Shown in pieces: positions 52,260-61,800 of a DNA stretch of 64,000 nucleotides; positions within the stretch are counted from its first letter, which is position 1; every line of letters starts with the position of its first letter. Both the position numbers and the translations under genes were made by a program. Source of the stretch: Rhizobium sp. Q54 (lineage in GTDB: Bacteria > Bacteroidota > Bacteroidia > Chitinophagales > Chitinophagaceae). Where the stretch lies: contig CALRLQ020000012.1 of NCBI GenBank assembly GCA_943368735.1, positions 22,440-86,439 on the forward strand, given 5' to 3'. The notes below the pieces were generated by a model. That model searched no databases. It had not been told where the DNA came from and saw only the letters and a list, made by a program, of their open reading frames with translations.

Positions 52260-53477
52260 ATGCGATTATCTCAACTTGCTATCTCTATCTTATTGCTTTC
52301 ATCTGTGGCATGTAAAAAATCTACCGATACTACAACTGCACCGCCAACTGGTGGGGGAACTGGTACAGGGGTTGGTAATACACAGCCTTTTACAGGTACA
52401 AGTAATAAATTGGTGGTATCTACAGCTTTAAACTTGTCAACCTCATGGATTGAATTAGGTGAAGACACAGTATTTACTCAAATTCCAGTGTCTACAGGTT
52501 TATTTAAAAATATGCCAACAGGTTTTGACAATAAAATATTGTCTCTCTTTTTACCCAAAGGTTATATGGCTGTTTTTGCAGTGAACGAAGATGGCTCTGG
52601 TGAATCATCTACTTTTGTGGCAATTGATAGTGCTGTAAGAGTTAACCTACCAACTAGATTACGTAATAACGTTTCATACATCCGCTATATTAAAATAAAC
52701 AATCCCAATAAAAAAGGGACTTGTAGTGTTACTGAAACTACTGTAACTGCTTTAGCTTCAGAGTGGTATTATGGTTGGAGTTTAGATAAAAATTCTTTTA
52801 CCAATCAACAATATGTTCCTATGACATGGGGGCGAACTTCTGCAACAGATGCAAATGTGTTGAACTTGATTAACAGAAAAGATATAGATCATTTATTGTC
52901 TTTTAACGAACCCGATAATACTGCTCAAGCAAATATTAGTGTAGATACTGCAATTGCACGTTATAGAGTAATGCTAAGAACAGGGTTAAGATTAGGAAGT
53001 CCTGCTTGTAAAGAAGAAAATACTTTTGGTGCAGGCAAGTGGTTGCCAACTTTTATGGCTCAAGCACAAACTTTAAGAATGAGGGTTGATCATATTGCAA
53101 TTCATTGGTACGATTGGGGAAATCCTACCAACAATCAAGCAACAGATTCTTTAACTGCTGAAAGAGTTTTTCAAAGATTTCAAAATTTTATTCAAAACAC
53201 AAGAAATGCTTATCCAAACATGCCTATTTGGATTACAGAATACAATGCTAACGTGAATAGACCTTCTATTGCTGTTCAAAAATATTTCATGAAATTATCA
53301 AGCGAATGGTTAAATACATTATCATACATTGAGCGTTATTCGTTTTTCTTTGAGCATAATTATCCTGCTGTAACAACGCCAGGTGTATTGTCAGAATTGG
53401 GAGCATATTGGAAGAGTTTACCAAGCACCAAATCATTTAGTGGTAATATTTTCGGCGATGCAATTTTGATTCGATAA
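52260..53477 (+). CDS. PF11790/GH128-like glycoside hydrolase lipoprotein (paralog of 15447-16658)
   Basis: Signal LLLSSVAC, then WYYGWS, LLSFNEPDN, IHWYDWG and IWITEYNA. By eye it is roughly two-thirds identical to the 15447-16658 product over the full length. Confidence 0.78.
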   Translation: MRLSQLAISILLLSSVACKKSTDTTTAPPTGGGTGTGVGNTQPFTGTSNKLVVSTALNLSTSWIELGEDTVFTQIPVSTGLFKNMPTGFDNKILSLFLPKGYMAVFAVNEDGSGESSTFVAIDSAVRVNLPTRLRNNVSYIRYIKINNPNKKGTCSVTETTVTALASEWYYGWSLDKNSFTNQQYVPMTWGRTSATDANVLNLINRKDIDHLLSFNEPDNTAQANISVDTAIARYRVMLRTGLRLGSPACKEENTFGAGKWLPTFMAQAQTLRMRVDHIAIHWYDWGNPTNNQATDSLTAERVFQRFQNFIQNTRNAYPNMPIWITEYNANVNRPSIAVQKYFMKLSSEWLNTLSYIERYSFFFEHNYPAVTTPGVLSELGAYWKSLPSTKSFSGNIFGDAILIR

Positions 53478-53496
53478 TTAAAGCATTTGTAATATT

Positions 53497-53530
53497 AAAA
53501 AGCTTCATCTAATAAGATGAAGCTTTTTTT
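53497..53530 (+). terminator. Terminator of the 52260-53477 gene
   Basis: Perfect 13-bp stem aaaagcttcatct / agatgaagctttt followed by a T-run. Confidence 0.85.
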
Positions 53531-53902
53531 ATGTAGTTACTTGGATTGTTTTAGAAAAAGTTTGTTTTAATAGTAGTTGCCACAGGCAACAGAGTAGAAC
53601 TTACGAATCTGCAAGATTCGAAGAGCTAGATATTATCAGCAATACATGTTTTAGATGATTAATATAGATTAAATCTTGAAAATGTTGCTCACATAATGTG
53701 AGAAACCTAGCAAAAGCAACGTGTGTTAGAGCTTCGAATTTTTACACATTCCTTATTCACAATCTGTGGATTTAAATCATGCTGTTTTTTCAAGATATAA
53801 AAATAAATTCGTAAACCAAGTTGAATTAGTTCTTTTAAAAATAGTTGCACAATATAGTGTAATGACAGCCAACTGGTTTTAGTTGGATAATATTCTGGGC
53901 AG

Positions 53903-54055
53903 ATGTCTAAGAGGTATTATGGTTATTGTTTCAAATGTAAAAATTATGGTGAGGTAACCTTTCGGTCCACTAAATCAGAAGTTAACACAGAAACTGACCC
54001 AAAAATGAAAAGCAAATGCATTTGCATTTGCCTTTCTTGTGTTCGTACAAAGTAG
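53903..54055 (+). CDS. Candidate small ORF (50 aa), Cys-rich
   Basis: My own translation gives MSKRYYGYCFKCKNYGEVTFRSTKSEVNTETDPKMKSKCICICLSCVRTK (CxxC...CxCxCxxC). A stem-loop plus T-run follows at 54093-54129. It is below the track's 60-aa cutoff and has no homology support. Confidence 0.3.
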   Translation: MSKRYYGYCFKCKNYGEVTFRSTKSEVNTETDPKMKSKCICICLSCVRTK

Positions 54056-54092
54056 GAGTAACGAGCCTAAAAATTAAGGCGTTCGTACCCGG

Positions 54093-54129
54093 AAAGTCTG
54101 GCAATTGGCGTTGTCAGACTTTTTATTTT
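54093..54129 (+). terminator. Stem-loop plus T-run after the Cys-rich sORF
   Basis: aaagtctggca / tgtcagacttt (one G-T wobble) followed by ttttatttt. Confidence 0.6.
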
Positions 54130-54375
54130 AAAATAAAATTAAAAGTATAATTTTTGAATATAAAATAAAGCAAGTTTTATATTATATGATTAAATCTTTC
54201 ACAAGATAGTAAACGAAATGTTATTAGCCTTTATAAATTTTATGTGTTTGCAGGCATGTGAATATTTTTGTATAATTTCTTTTGGATGACATAGTATATT
54301 AACAAATGAGGATTTCAAAGTCTATATAATTGACTCAATAGTTTATTTTAGTTTGATAAAGTACAAGCAGTACAA

Positions 54376-54399
54376 GTGTGCGACGCCACTACAGTTCAG
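54376..54399 (+). repeat. GC-rich composite motif copy C
   Basis: GTGTGCGACGCCACTACAGTTCAG. Confidence 0.45.
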
Positions 54400-54422
54400 T
54401 AGCATTCCTTCAGCTCATAACA

Positions 54423-54450
54423 TAAAAAAAGTGAAACCTAAGTTTCACTT
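54423..54450 (-). terminator. ychF terminator
   Basis: agtgaaac / gtttcact 8-bp stem with a 7-T run on the minus strand. Confidence 0.7.
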
Positions 54451-54466
54451 TCACTATTTTCTTTCC

Positions 54467-54494
54467 TATTCACGACTCACCATTCACCACTCAG
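54467..54494. repeat. Short period-7 word tract
   Basis: tattcac gactcac cattcac cactcag, the same word family as the right arm of the tilS tract. It lies immediately 3' of the ychF stop. Confidence 0.55.
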
Positions 54495-54499
54495 GAACA

Positions 54500-55597
54500 T
54501 TAAACATTGAATCTAAAGTGCATCACATCGCCATCTTGCACCAAATATTCTTTGCCTTCTATGCGTAGGCGACCATTATCACGGCAAGCAGCTTCACTAC
54601 CATACTTTACAAAATCTTCGTAGGCAATTACTTCGGCTTTGATAAAACCTTTTTCAAAATCGGTATGAATAACACTTGCAGCCTGTGGAGCTTTCCAACC
54701 CTTATGAATCGTCCATGCTCTTACTTCTTGCACGCCTGCAGTAAAGTAGGTACTTAAGTCTAACAGCTTGTAAGTACTTTGAATTAAACGGTTTAATGCA
54801 GGCTCTTTCATGTTGTATTCTTCCATGAACATTTGCTTGTCATCCTCTGCTTCAAGTTCAGCAATTTGTGCTTCAATATTATTACACATCACAATTACTT
54901 GAGCTCCTTCAGCTTCAGCAGCAGCTTTTAATTGCTCGCTGTATTTATTGCCTGTGTGCATGCTTGCTTCATCAACATTGGCAACATACAACACATCTTT
55001 ATCGGTTAATAAAAACAAATCGGCAATGGCTACTTTTTCTTCTTTGGTTAAACCCAGTTGACGAATGTTTTTACCATCTTCTAATTGTTGCTGGCAACGC
55101 TTCAATATTTCAAATTCAACTTTGGCTTTAGGATCGGTCTTGGCTAATTTCTCACTACGTTGGGCTTTACGTTCAACACTTTCTAAATCTTTCAACTGCA
55201 ATTCGGTTTCAATAATGCCTTTATCTCCAACAGGATTAATGGCACCTTCTTCACGTAACACATTCTCATCTTCAAAACAACGTATTACATGAATAATGGC
55301 ATCTACTTCACGAATATTAGCTAAGAATTTATTACCCAAGCCTTCGCCTTTGCTGGCACCTTTTACAAGACCTGCAATGTCAACTATTTCTAATTGTGTA
55401 GGAATAATTTTATTGGGCTTTACCAACTCTGCTAACTTATTCAAACGTTCGTCTGGCACATCTACCAAACCTGTATTGGGTTCAATGGTACAAAAACGAT
55501 AGTTGCTAGCCTGAGCTTTAGCACTAATGCTTACTGCATTAAAGAGAGTACTTTTTCCAACATTGGGCAAGCCCACAATTCCTGCTTTTAACGACAT
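54500..55597 (-). CDS. ychF: Redox-regulated ribosome-binding ATPase YchF
   Basis: MSLKAGIVGLPNVGKSTLFNA is the canonical N-terminus and the C-terminus is a TGS-like ..GDVMHFRFNV. The track ORF carries a 40-codon upstream extension that reads through repeat sequence. Confidence 0.93.
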   Translation of the reverse strand: MSLKAGIVGLPNVGKSTLFNAVSISAKAQASNYRFCTIEPNTGLVDVPDERLNKLAELVKPNKIIPTQLEIVDIAGLVKGASKGEGLGNKFLANIREVDAIIHVIRCFEDENVLREEGAINPVGDKGIIETELQLKDLESVERKAQRSEKLAKTDPKAKVEFEILKRCQQQLEDGKNIRQLGLTKEEKVAIADLFLLTDKDVLYVANVDEASMHTGNKYSEQLKAAAEAEGAQVIVMCNNIEAQIAELEAEDDKQMFMEEYNMKEPALNRLIQSTYKLLDLSTYFTAGVQEVRAWTIHKGWKAPQAASVIHTDFEKGFIKAEVIAYEDFVKYGSEAACRDNGRLRIEGKEYLVQDGDVMHFRFNV

Positions 55598-55600
55598 ATA

Positions 55601-55635
55601 TTTTAGTTTGGAGTTTGTAGTTTTTGGTTGATGGG
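55601..55635. repeat. Short period-7 word tract
   Basis: ttttagt ttggagt ttgtagt ttttggt tgatggg, immediately 5' of the ychF start codon. Confidence 0.55.
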
Positions 55636-55686
55636 AGCGAAGGCAATTTTTTGAATCCAAGCTTTTGTACAACGAACACTGGGTTA

Positions 55687-55729
55687 GCCTGTACTGAGCG
55701 AAGTCGAAGTATCGCACCCTTCAACGTTC
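55687..55729 (-). repeat. GC-rich composite motif copy B
   Basis: Minus strand reads GAACGTTGAAGGGTGCGATACTTCGACTTCGCTCAGTACAGGC, about 90-130 nt upstream of the ychF ATG in the sense orientation. Confidence 0.45.
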
Positions 55730-55855
55730 ATAACTATACTGAACATTTTTTCGAGCCGCAAAAGTAAGGTTTGATGGCAAAACTTATGCTGTTATTTAAT
55801 ATAGAGTAGTGGTTTGTTCGTTCTATTCAAGTAAATTTGGCTTAAACTATCATTT

Positions 55856-55981
55856 ATGGGGTTAACATATGCTGATATTGAATTGATTAATGGCTACGAT
55901 TTAGAAAATGCCAAAAGAAACATCATTGGTGAAGAAGAAGTAAAAAGAATATCGATAAACAACCTTTCACTTAAATTCTAA
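55856..55981 (+). pseudogene. N-terminal fragment of a retropepsin-like (clan AA) aspartic protease gene, cut off by a heptamer tract
   Basis: My own translation gives MGLTYADIELINGYDLENAKRNIIGEEEVKRIS|INNLSLKF*. The first ~33 aa resemble, from memory, the N-terminus of bacterial clan-AA protease genes (MGL.Y..I.L.N..D........I.EEEV+). The catalytic D-S/T-G region that should follow is absent. The last 8 codons and the stop come from the period-7 tract. Confidence 0.45.
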
Positions 55982-56039
55982 ACCTTTTACCTTAGAACTT
56001 TTACCTTAAACCTTAAACCCTCAACCTTAAACCTTTACC
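55957..56039. repeat. Degenerate period-7 word tract (G-poor on + strand)
   Basis: aaacaac ctttcac ttaaatt ctaaacc ttttacc ttagaac ttttacc ttaaacc ttaaacc ctcaacc ttaaacc tttacc. It runs right up to the ATG at 56040. Confidence 0.7.
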
Positions 56040-57548
56040 ATGGCTTTAAGCAGAATTTGGAGTGCATTTATTTTAATTGCTTTATCGGTTGCTAGTTATC
56101 AGTTTATTTTTAATAGCACTAAAGACGATGTTTTTGGTAAAATGGTTACTGGAACTTCGAAAGATGAGTTTAAATATGTGGCCATTGGTAATGTAACTAA
56201 ATATGGCAAACCCGGTATAGACAGTTTTGCCAAAGAAATGGCAGCTTATGGTTTCAAAAAACAAGATGCAGTTACCGATGAAACCAAATTTCTCGTAACC
56301 GATGATGTAAATGCCGATACAGTTCGTCAACTTCAACAACAATTTGCTGCATTAAGAGCGGTGGAGTACAGTTATATCTTAGGCAAAAAACAAAAACCTA
56401 TTGATGGTATTATTGCTACTTGTAAGGTGGCTGTAGATATTTGTTTGGGCTTAATTGGTATAATGGGTTTGTTTATGGGTTTTATGAGTATTGCTGAGAA
56501 AGCAGGTGGCATAAGATTTTTATCGAAAATTGTGGGACCTTTTTTCTCTAAACTATTTCCTGAAGTGCCAAAAAATCATCCAGCACATGGTCATATGATG
56601 ATGAACTTTAGTGCCAATATGTTGGGCTTAGATAATGCAGCTACACCCTTTGGTATTAAAGCCATGCAAAGTTTACAAGAACTAAATCCCGATTCAGAAA
56701 AAGCCAGCAATGCACAAATCATGTTTTTGTGTTTACATGCAGCAGGGTTGTCTTTAATTCCTACCACTGTTATTGCAGCAAGAGCCATTACTGTTGGTGC
56801 CGATGGTTCAAAAGCTGTAAATCCTACCGATATATTTTTACCCTGTTTGGTAGCCACATTTGTAGCTACATTAGCTGCTATGATAATTGTTTCTTTCAAA
56901 CAAAAAATTAAATTGTTTCAGCCTGTAATTATGGGCTGGATTCTAGGAATTTCAGCTATAATATCGGCTTTGGTATTGTTCATTTTATCATTGAATACTG
57001 TTAATGTAAATTTATTTTCAGAGCAGTTGAGTACTGGATTAATCTTATTTATTTTCTTATTGATTGTTGCAGGAGGGGTGTATAAAAAAATAAATGTGTT
57101 TGATGCGTTTGTTGAAGGGGCAAAAGGAGGTTTTGAAACTGCTGTAAAAATTATTCCTTATTTAGTTGGAATGTTAGTAGCCATTAGTTTGTTAAGAACC
57201 AGTGGAACTTTTGATGTAGTGATTGAAGGCATAAAAACACTTTTTGCAGCCATTGGTTTTGATACAAAATTTGTAGATGGATTGCCAACAGCTTTAATAA
57301 AACCAATGAGTGGCAGTGGTGCAAGAGGAATGATGATTGATACGATGAGAACATTTGGTCCTGATTCTTTTGCAGGTAGATTGGCTTGTATTTTACAAGG
57401 CAGTAGCGATACCACTTTTTATGTAGTGGCTGTTTATTTTGGTGCTATTGGTATTAAAAATACTCGTTATTCAATTGGAGCAATGTTATTTGCGGATTTA
57501 ATTGGTATTATTACATCTATTTTATTATGTTATATGTTTTTTGGATGA
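56040..57548 (+). CDS. Nucleoside-recognition (Gate) domain membrane protein, fused SpmA/SpmB-like
   Basis: 502 aa and polytopic, with the MALSRIWSAFILIAL N-terminus typical of SpmA-like proteins. Confidence 0.75.
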   Translation: MALSRIWSAFILIALSVASYQFIFNSTKDDVFGKMVTGTSKDEFKYVAIGNVTKYGKPGIDSFAKEMAAYGFKKQDAVTDETKFLVTDDVNADTVRQLQQQFAALRAVEYSYILGKKQKPIDGIIATCKVAVDICLGLIGIMGLFMGFMSIAEKAGGIRFLSKIVGPFFSKLFPEVPKNHPAHGHMMMNFSANMLGLDNAATPFGIKAMQSLQELNPDSEKASNAQIMFLCLHAAGLSLIPTTVIAARAITVGADGSKAVNPTDIFLPCLVATFVATLAAMIIVSFKQKIKLFQPVIMGWILGISAIISALVLFILSLNTVNVNLFSEQLSTGLILFIFLLIVAGGVYKKINVFDAFVEGAKGGFETAVKIIPYLVGMLVAISLLRTSGTFDVVIEGIKTLFAAIGFDTKFVDGLPTALIKPMSGSGARGMMIDTMRTFGPDSFAGRLACILQGSSDTTFYVVAVYFGAIGIKNTRYSIGAMLFADLIGIITSILLCYMFFG

Positions 57549-57635
57549 TGATGTAGAATACTAAACTTGTATTGTATAAAATAAAAAAACACTGCAACTA
57601 TGCAGTGTTTTTTAGTATATGTCATTACTATACAT

Positions 57636-58820
57636 TTATTCAGGCAAGCTAATTACCATTGCACTTGCACCACCACCACCATTACAAATTCCAGCGGCAC
57701 CCACTTTACCATTATTTTGTTTCAATACGTTGATCAGTGTAACAATAATTCTAGCACCACTACAACCCAATGGGTGACCTAAACTTACTGCTCCACCATG
57801 AACGTTTACTTGTTTTGGATAGAGCTTCATCTTTTCACTATTCACAATACCTACAACACTAAAAGCTTCGTTCAATTCAAAAAAATGAATATCACTCATT
57901 TGTAATCCAGCTTTAGCTACAGCTTTTGGTACAGCTAAACTTGGAGTGGTGGTAAACCATTCAGGAGCTTGTTCAGCATCCGCATAGCTATTAATAATTG
58001 CCAACGGTTGTATGCCTAATTGTTCTGCTTTTTCTTTACTCATTAAAACTACAGCAGCAGCACCATCATTCATGGTACTTGCATTAGCAGCTGTTACAGT
58101 TCCATCTTTTGAAAATGCAGGTTTTAATTCGGGTATTTTATCAAATTTTACGTTAAAGGGTTCTTCGTCTTTATCAACAATAACGGTTCCTTTTCTTCCT
58201 GCAATTTCAACAGGAACAATTTCGTTAGCAAATTTTCCATCTGTCCATGCAGCCTGGCTTCTTTTATAACTCTCAATAGCAAAAGCATCTTGATCTTCTC
58301 TGCTGATTTTGCATTCTTTAGCACAAGAATCGGCAAAGTTACCCATTGCTCCATTAAAATAAACATCTGTTAAGCCATCTTTAGCCAAGCCATCTACCAA
58401 TTGTACGTTGCCATATTTATTACCCCAACGCATGTTAGGTGAATAAAAAGGAACATTGCTCATGCTTTCCATTCCACCAGCAACAATAATTTCAGCATCG
58501 CCCAATAAAATACTTTGAGCAGCTTGAGCAATTGCTTTCATACCACTTGCACAAACTTTATTTACTGTTATAGCAATTACGTTATCGGGTAAACCAGCAA
58601 ATTTTGCTGCTTGTCTAGCAGGTGCTTGTCCTAATCCAGCTTGTATCACACAACCCATAATTACTTCATCAATTTGGTTAGGTTGTAATCCTGCTCTTTC
58701 AACAGCAGCTTTTATTGCAACTGCCCCTAATTGAGTAGCAGAAACATCTTTTAAGCTTCCACCAAAACTTCCCATTGGCGTTCTAACTGCACTAACAATA
58801 TAAACGGTTTTCGATTGCAT
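57636..58820 (-). CDS. Acetyl-CoA C-acetyltransferase (thiolase II)
   Basis: VYIVSAVRTPMGSFGG, VNKVCASGMKA (active-site Cys), NVHGGAVSLGHPLGCSGAR and GICNGGGGA. Start set at ATG 58820 (the track start is an upstream TTG). Confidence 0.92.
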   Translation of the reverse strand: MQSKTVYIVSAVRTPMGSFGGSLKDVSATQLGAVAIKAAVERAGLQPNQIDEVIMGCVIQAGLGQAPARQAAKFAGLPDNVIAITVNKVCASGMKAIAQAAQSILLGDAEIIVAGGMESMSNVPFYSPNMRWGNKYGNVQLVDGLAKDGLTDVYFNGAMGNFADSCAKECKISREDQDAFAIESYKRSQAAWTDGKFANEIVPVEIAGRKGTVIVDKDEEPFNVKFDKIPELKPAFSKDGTVTAANASTMNDGAAAVVLMSKEKAEQLGIQPLAIINSYADAEQAPEWFTTTPSLAVPKAVAKAGLQMSDIHFFELNEAFSVVGIVNSEKMKLYPKQVNVHGGAVSLGHPLGCSGARIIVTLINVLKQNNGKVGAAGICNGGGGASAMVISLPE

Positions 58821-58894
58821 AATTTGTATTTTGAGTTGCAAATATAAAGTTACTATACTAACATTTGTTAGTTTTATTTAAAAGATTTTGCTTT

Positions 58895-61800
58895 CTATTC
58901 TACAAATAATTTTAATTGTGTATCCAGTTTTTTACCTAATACTTTTACAATGTAGGTGGCTTTAGCTAAGTTTGGTAAAGAAACCCTATGAGAACTTGTT
59001 GCAGAAGTATGTCTTATTACAACATTATGAACTAATACTCCACTTAAGCTATAAACTTTTACATTCAAATTATTGTCTTCTTCAACATCTTGTAAATACA
59101 AATTAAATGTTTGCTGTTTTACTGGATTAGGATAAATAGTTATTTCGCTATTTCTTTTTTGTAGTTGAATTAATATGGTTTTGCTGTATACAATTTTACC
59201 ATCTTTTCCTATTGCTTTTATGCGATAATAGTTTTGGTTATTCAATGGATGTAAGTCATTCCACTGATAGTTTTGTAAACTATTTGACGTTGAACTGGTT
59301 GATGGTAATTCTCCTAAATAACTAAATTCTTGCCCGTTTGCAGATCGTTCAACACTATACTTTACAATATCCGATTCTTTTACTTCCCATTTCAAACTAA
59401 TATAATCATTTATTGGAGTACCATGGAATTGGATAAAGTTTACCGATAAACTAGTAAGTGGTTTAAAAACAATAATGAAACGTTGGTTAAAAGAGTTCAC
59501 ATTACTGTTGGTAGTAAAACTATGTCTAAAATTTGTTCCTATTGGTAATACCATTTCTGTATTGGTAAATTTATCAATAAGATATGCTTGTAAACCATTT
59601 AGTATAAATTGATCAGAGAGAACTTCTAATTTATAATTAACACCGGCAACTAATTGATCAATTTTAAAGTAAAATGTATCATTTACTGTAGGTTGTTTTC
59701 TACCTTCAATTGCTAATTGATTGTTTTTATTAATAATAGAAATATTTTCTGATGTATTAGAAATTTTAAAGGCATCTTCTTTGCCAATTTCATTTGAAAA
59801 TTGTTGGTTAAAAGCCAAAGCAACGCCATCCATTAATACATCGGCTGCATTTACATTTCTAAGCAAATTAATATAGAGTTTAGACCCTACATTACTGCTT
59901 CTAAAAGTATTGGTAAAGTTTGCTACATTGGTGGCTTTATGTGTTTCTTTAATAGTAATAGAAGGAGATGTAGAAGTATTTTGAATGAAGAATGCCTGAC
60001 CTGGTTGTATATATTCATTAATAGCAGAACTAACTGGAGCACTAATGCCAGAAGTAGAATTGTAAACTGCAAAGCCTCCATTTGTACCTACGTTAGGATC
60101 GTAAATAGTGTAACTTGAAGAAATATTGGCAGTAGATGCATCTGCATATAAAGTATCCCAATTTACAATTGAAGCATAAGGATTACCAATATGAGTATAA
60201 CCACTTGCACTGGCAGAGTTTAATCGAATATTGTTATTTGAACCTCCATTTGCAGTAACGCCAGATGTTGAATAAACAACATCGCCTGTTACTAGTTTAC
60301 CTGTTGAGCGTAAAACAACACCAGCAGCTAAAATAGGAGGTTGTCCTGCATAAAGGTTTATGAGTCTATTCCCTCTAACAAAAAGTCTGTAACCTTTAAA
60401 TGCAGATAGTGTGTCGTTGGTTTGGTTGGTAGAATTGGCTGCATTCCAACTTGCACTTCCATTTATTGTACTAATATCATATGTAAAAAGCGACTTAGAA
60501 CCTGCTGATGTAATATCAAAACCTGTTGCACCATCTACACCTCCAGGAGAGGCACCAGCAACACCGGTAATATGTGTGCCATAATGAAAACCACCATCAA
60601 GTCCATTGGTTCCATTTTCTTGCCAGTTACTGAAAATAGTGGAAGAACCAGAATTAACTGAAGGTGAAAAATCTCTGTATGCTCTCACTCCATTTCCTGA
60701 AATTCTACCAACAAATCGTTCAACTCTAAAAGCAGCACCTGTGTTGTATAATATAGAACCAGTAGCACCAACGGTTGAAACCATTGCTGTATTGGTAATA
60801 GAGGTTGATTTGAGCGTAAATAAATAACTTGTTGGTAAAATCAATCGACCAGCAATAATGTTAAGTGTACCCCGTAATGAAAAATTTTGGTTATTTAGTG
60901 TTAAGTCATTAGTTCTATTAATAGTGAAATTATTGAATAGCGGTGTAGATGAACTAAAAGTATTATTGGGTATTGCAAATGCATTTCCTCCTGTATTACC
61001 ATCGGTACCAAAAACTAAACTTGAGGTTGTAGCTAGGTTGATTAAACCAGTAGTTCTTGCTATTGGTATATTTCCTGTATGAAATGTTACGGTATTAGCT
61101 CCAACACTTAGGGTGCCATTGGTTAAGGTTAAAGTGTTTGTAATTGTTGGAGAACCAGTTAAGCTAAAACCTGCTGCATTGTTTAATTGAAGGTTGCTAA
61201 TGCTTGCTCCAGAAATAGTTGTTGATACTCCTGTCATTGTAACTGTACCAGCACCCGATACATTTCCTGTTCCTGTAATATTCCCAGTTAAACCAATATT
61301 TCTACCAGCATTATTTAAGGTACCTGCGATTAAATTTAAATTACCAGAAAGTGTTAAGCCTTGGGTAGCATTTAAAACTAATTCATTGGTTCTGTTAATG
61401 GTGAAATTTGTAAATACTGGTGGCGTTGCTGTAAAGAAGCCATTCGGAATTGTAAATGCTGCACCACTTGTGTTTCCAAGTGTTCCAAAAATTAGACTAG
61501 CAGTTGTTCCTACAGTTAAAGTTCCACTTGTTCTAGCTAATGGAATATCAGAATTTTGTAAGGTTAAAGTATTATTTACAATATTAAACACTCCACTAGT
61601 TAGCGTTAACGTTCCATTAATTGTAATTGATTGATTACCTAATGTTAATCCACCAGTTCTGTTAACGGTTAAGTTGTTAAAGCTAGGTGCTGTTGTAAAT
61701 AACCCAGTAGGTAGGGTGAAATTAGCTGCATTTGCATCAAAAACTAAATTGCTATTTGTAGTCAAGGTTAATGTACCAGCAGTTGTTACAATTGGTGTAG

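Noticed and set aside
53600-53760. tRNA-like TTCGAA(T) strings (gattcgaag, gcttcgaattt) in the 1-kb gap.
   Set aside because: The flanking bases cannot form a T-arm stem, and no acceptor, D or anticodon arms can be drawn.
54085-54105. CCCGGAAAGTCTGG, reminiscent of the RNase P RNA GGAAAGTCCGG (P4) block.
   Set aside because: The string is part of a simple terminator stem right after the sORF. No other RNase P conserved regions are present and there is no room for a ~350-nt structured RNA downstream.
55598-55717. N-terminal extensions in the ORF track: ychF to 55717, dcd to 23763, icd from 19810, thiolase to 58841, the ATP-grasp gene to 38593 and others.
   Set aside because: The extensions start at TTG, run through repeat or spacer sequence, and precede internal ATGs that give the canonical family N-termini (e.g. 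[37 protein letters not shown]).
22987-56039. Heptamer tracts as CRISPR arrays or as slipped-strand phase-variation microsatellites.
   Set aside because: They have no 20-40-nt direct repeats separated by unique spacers, and no cas genes are present. The words are degenerate, with at most about three identical heptads in a row, so classic repeat-number phase variation is unlikely.
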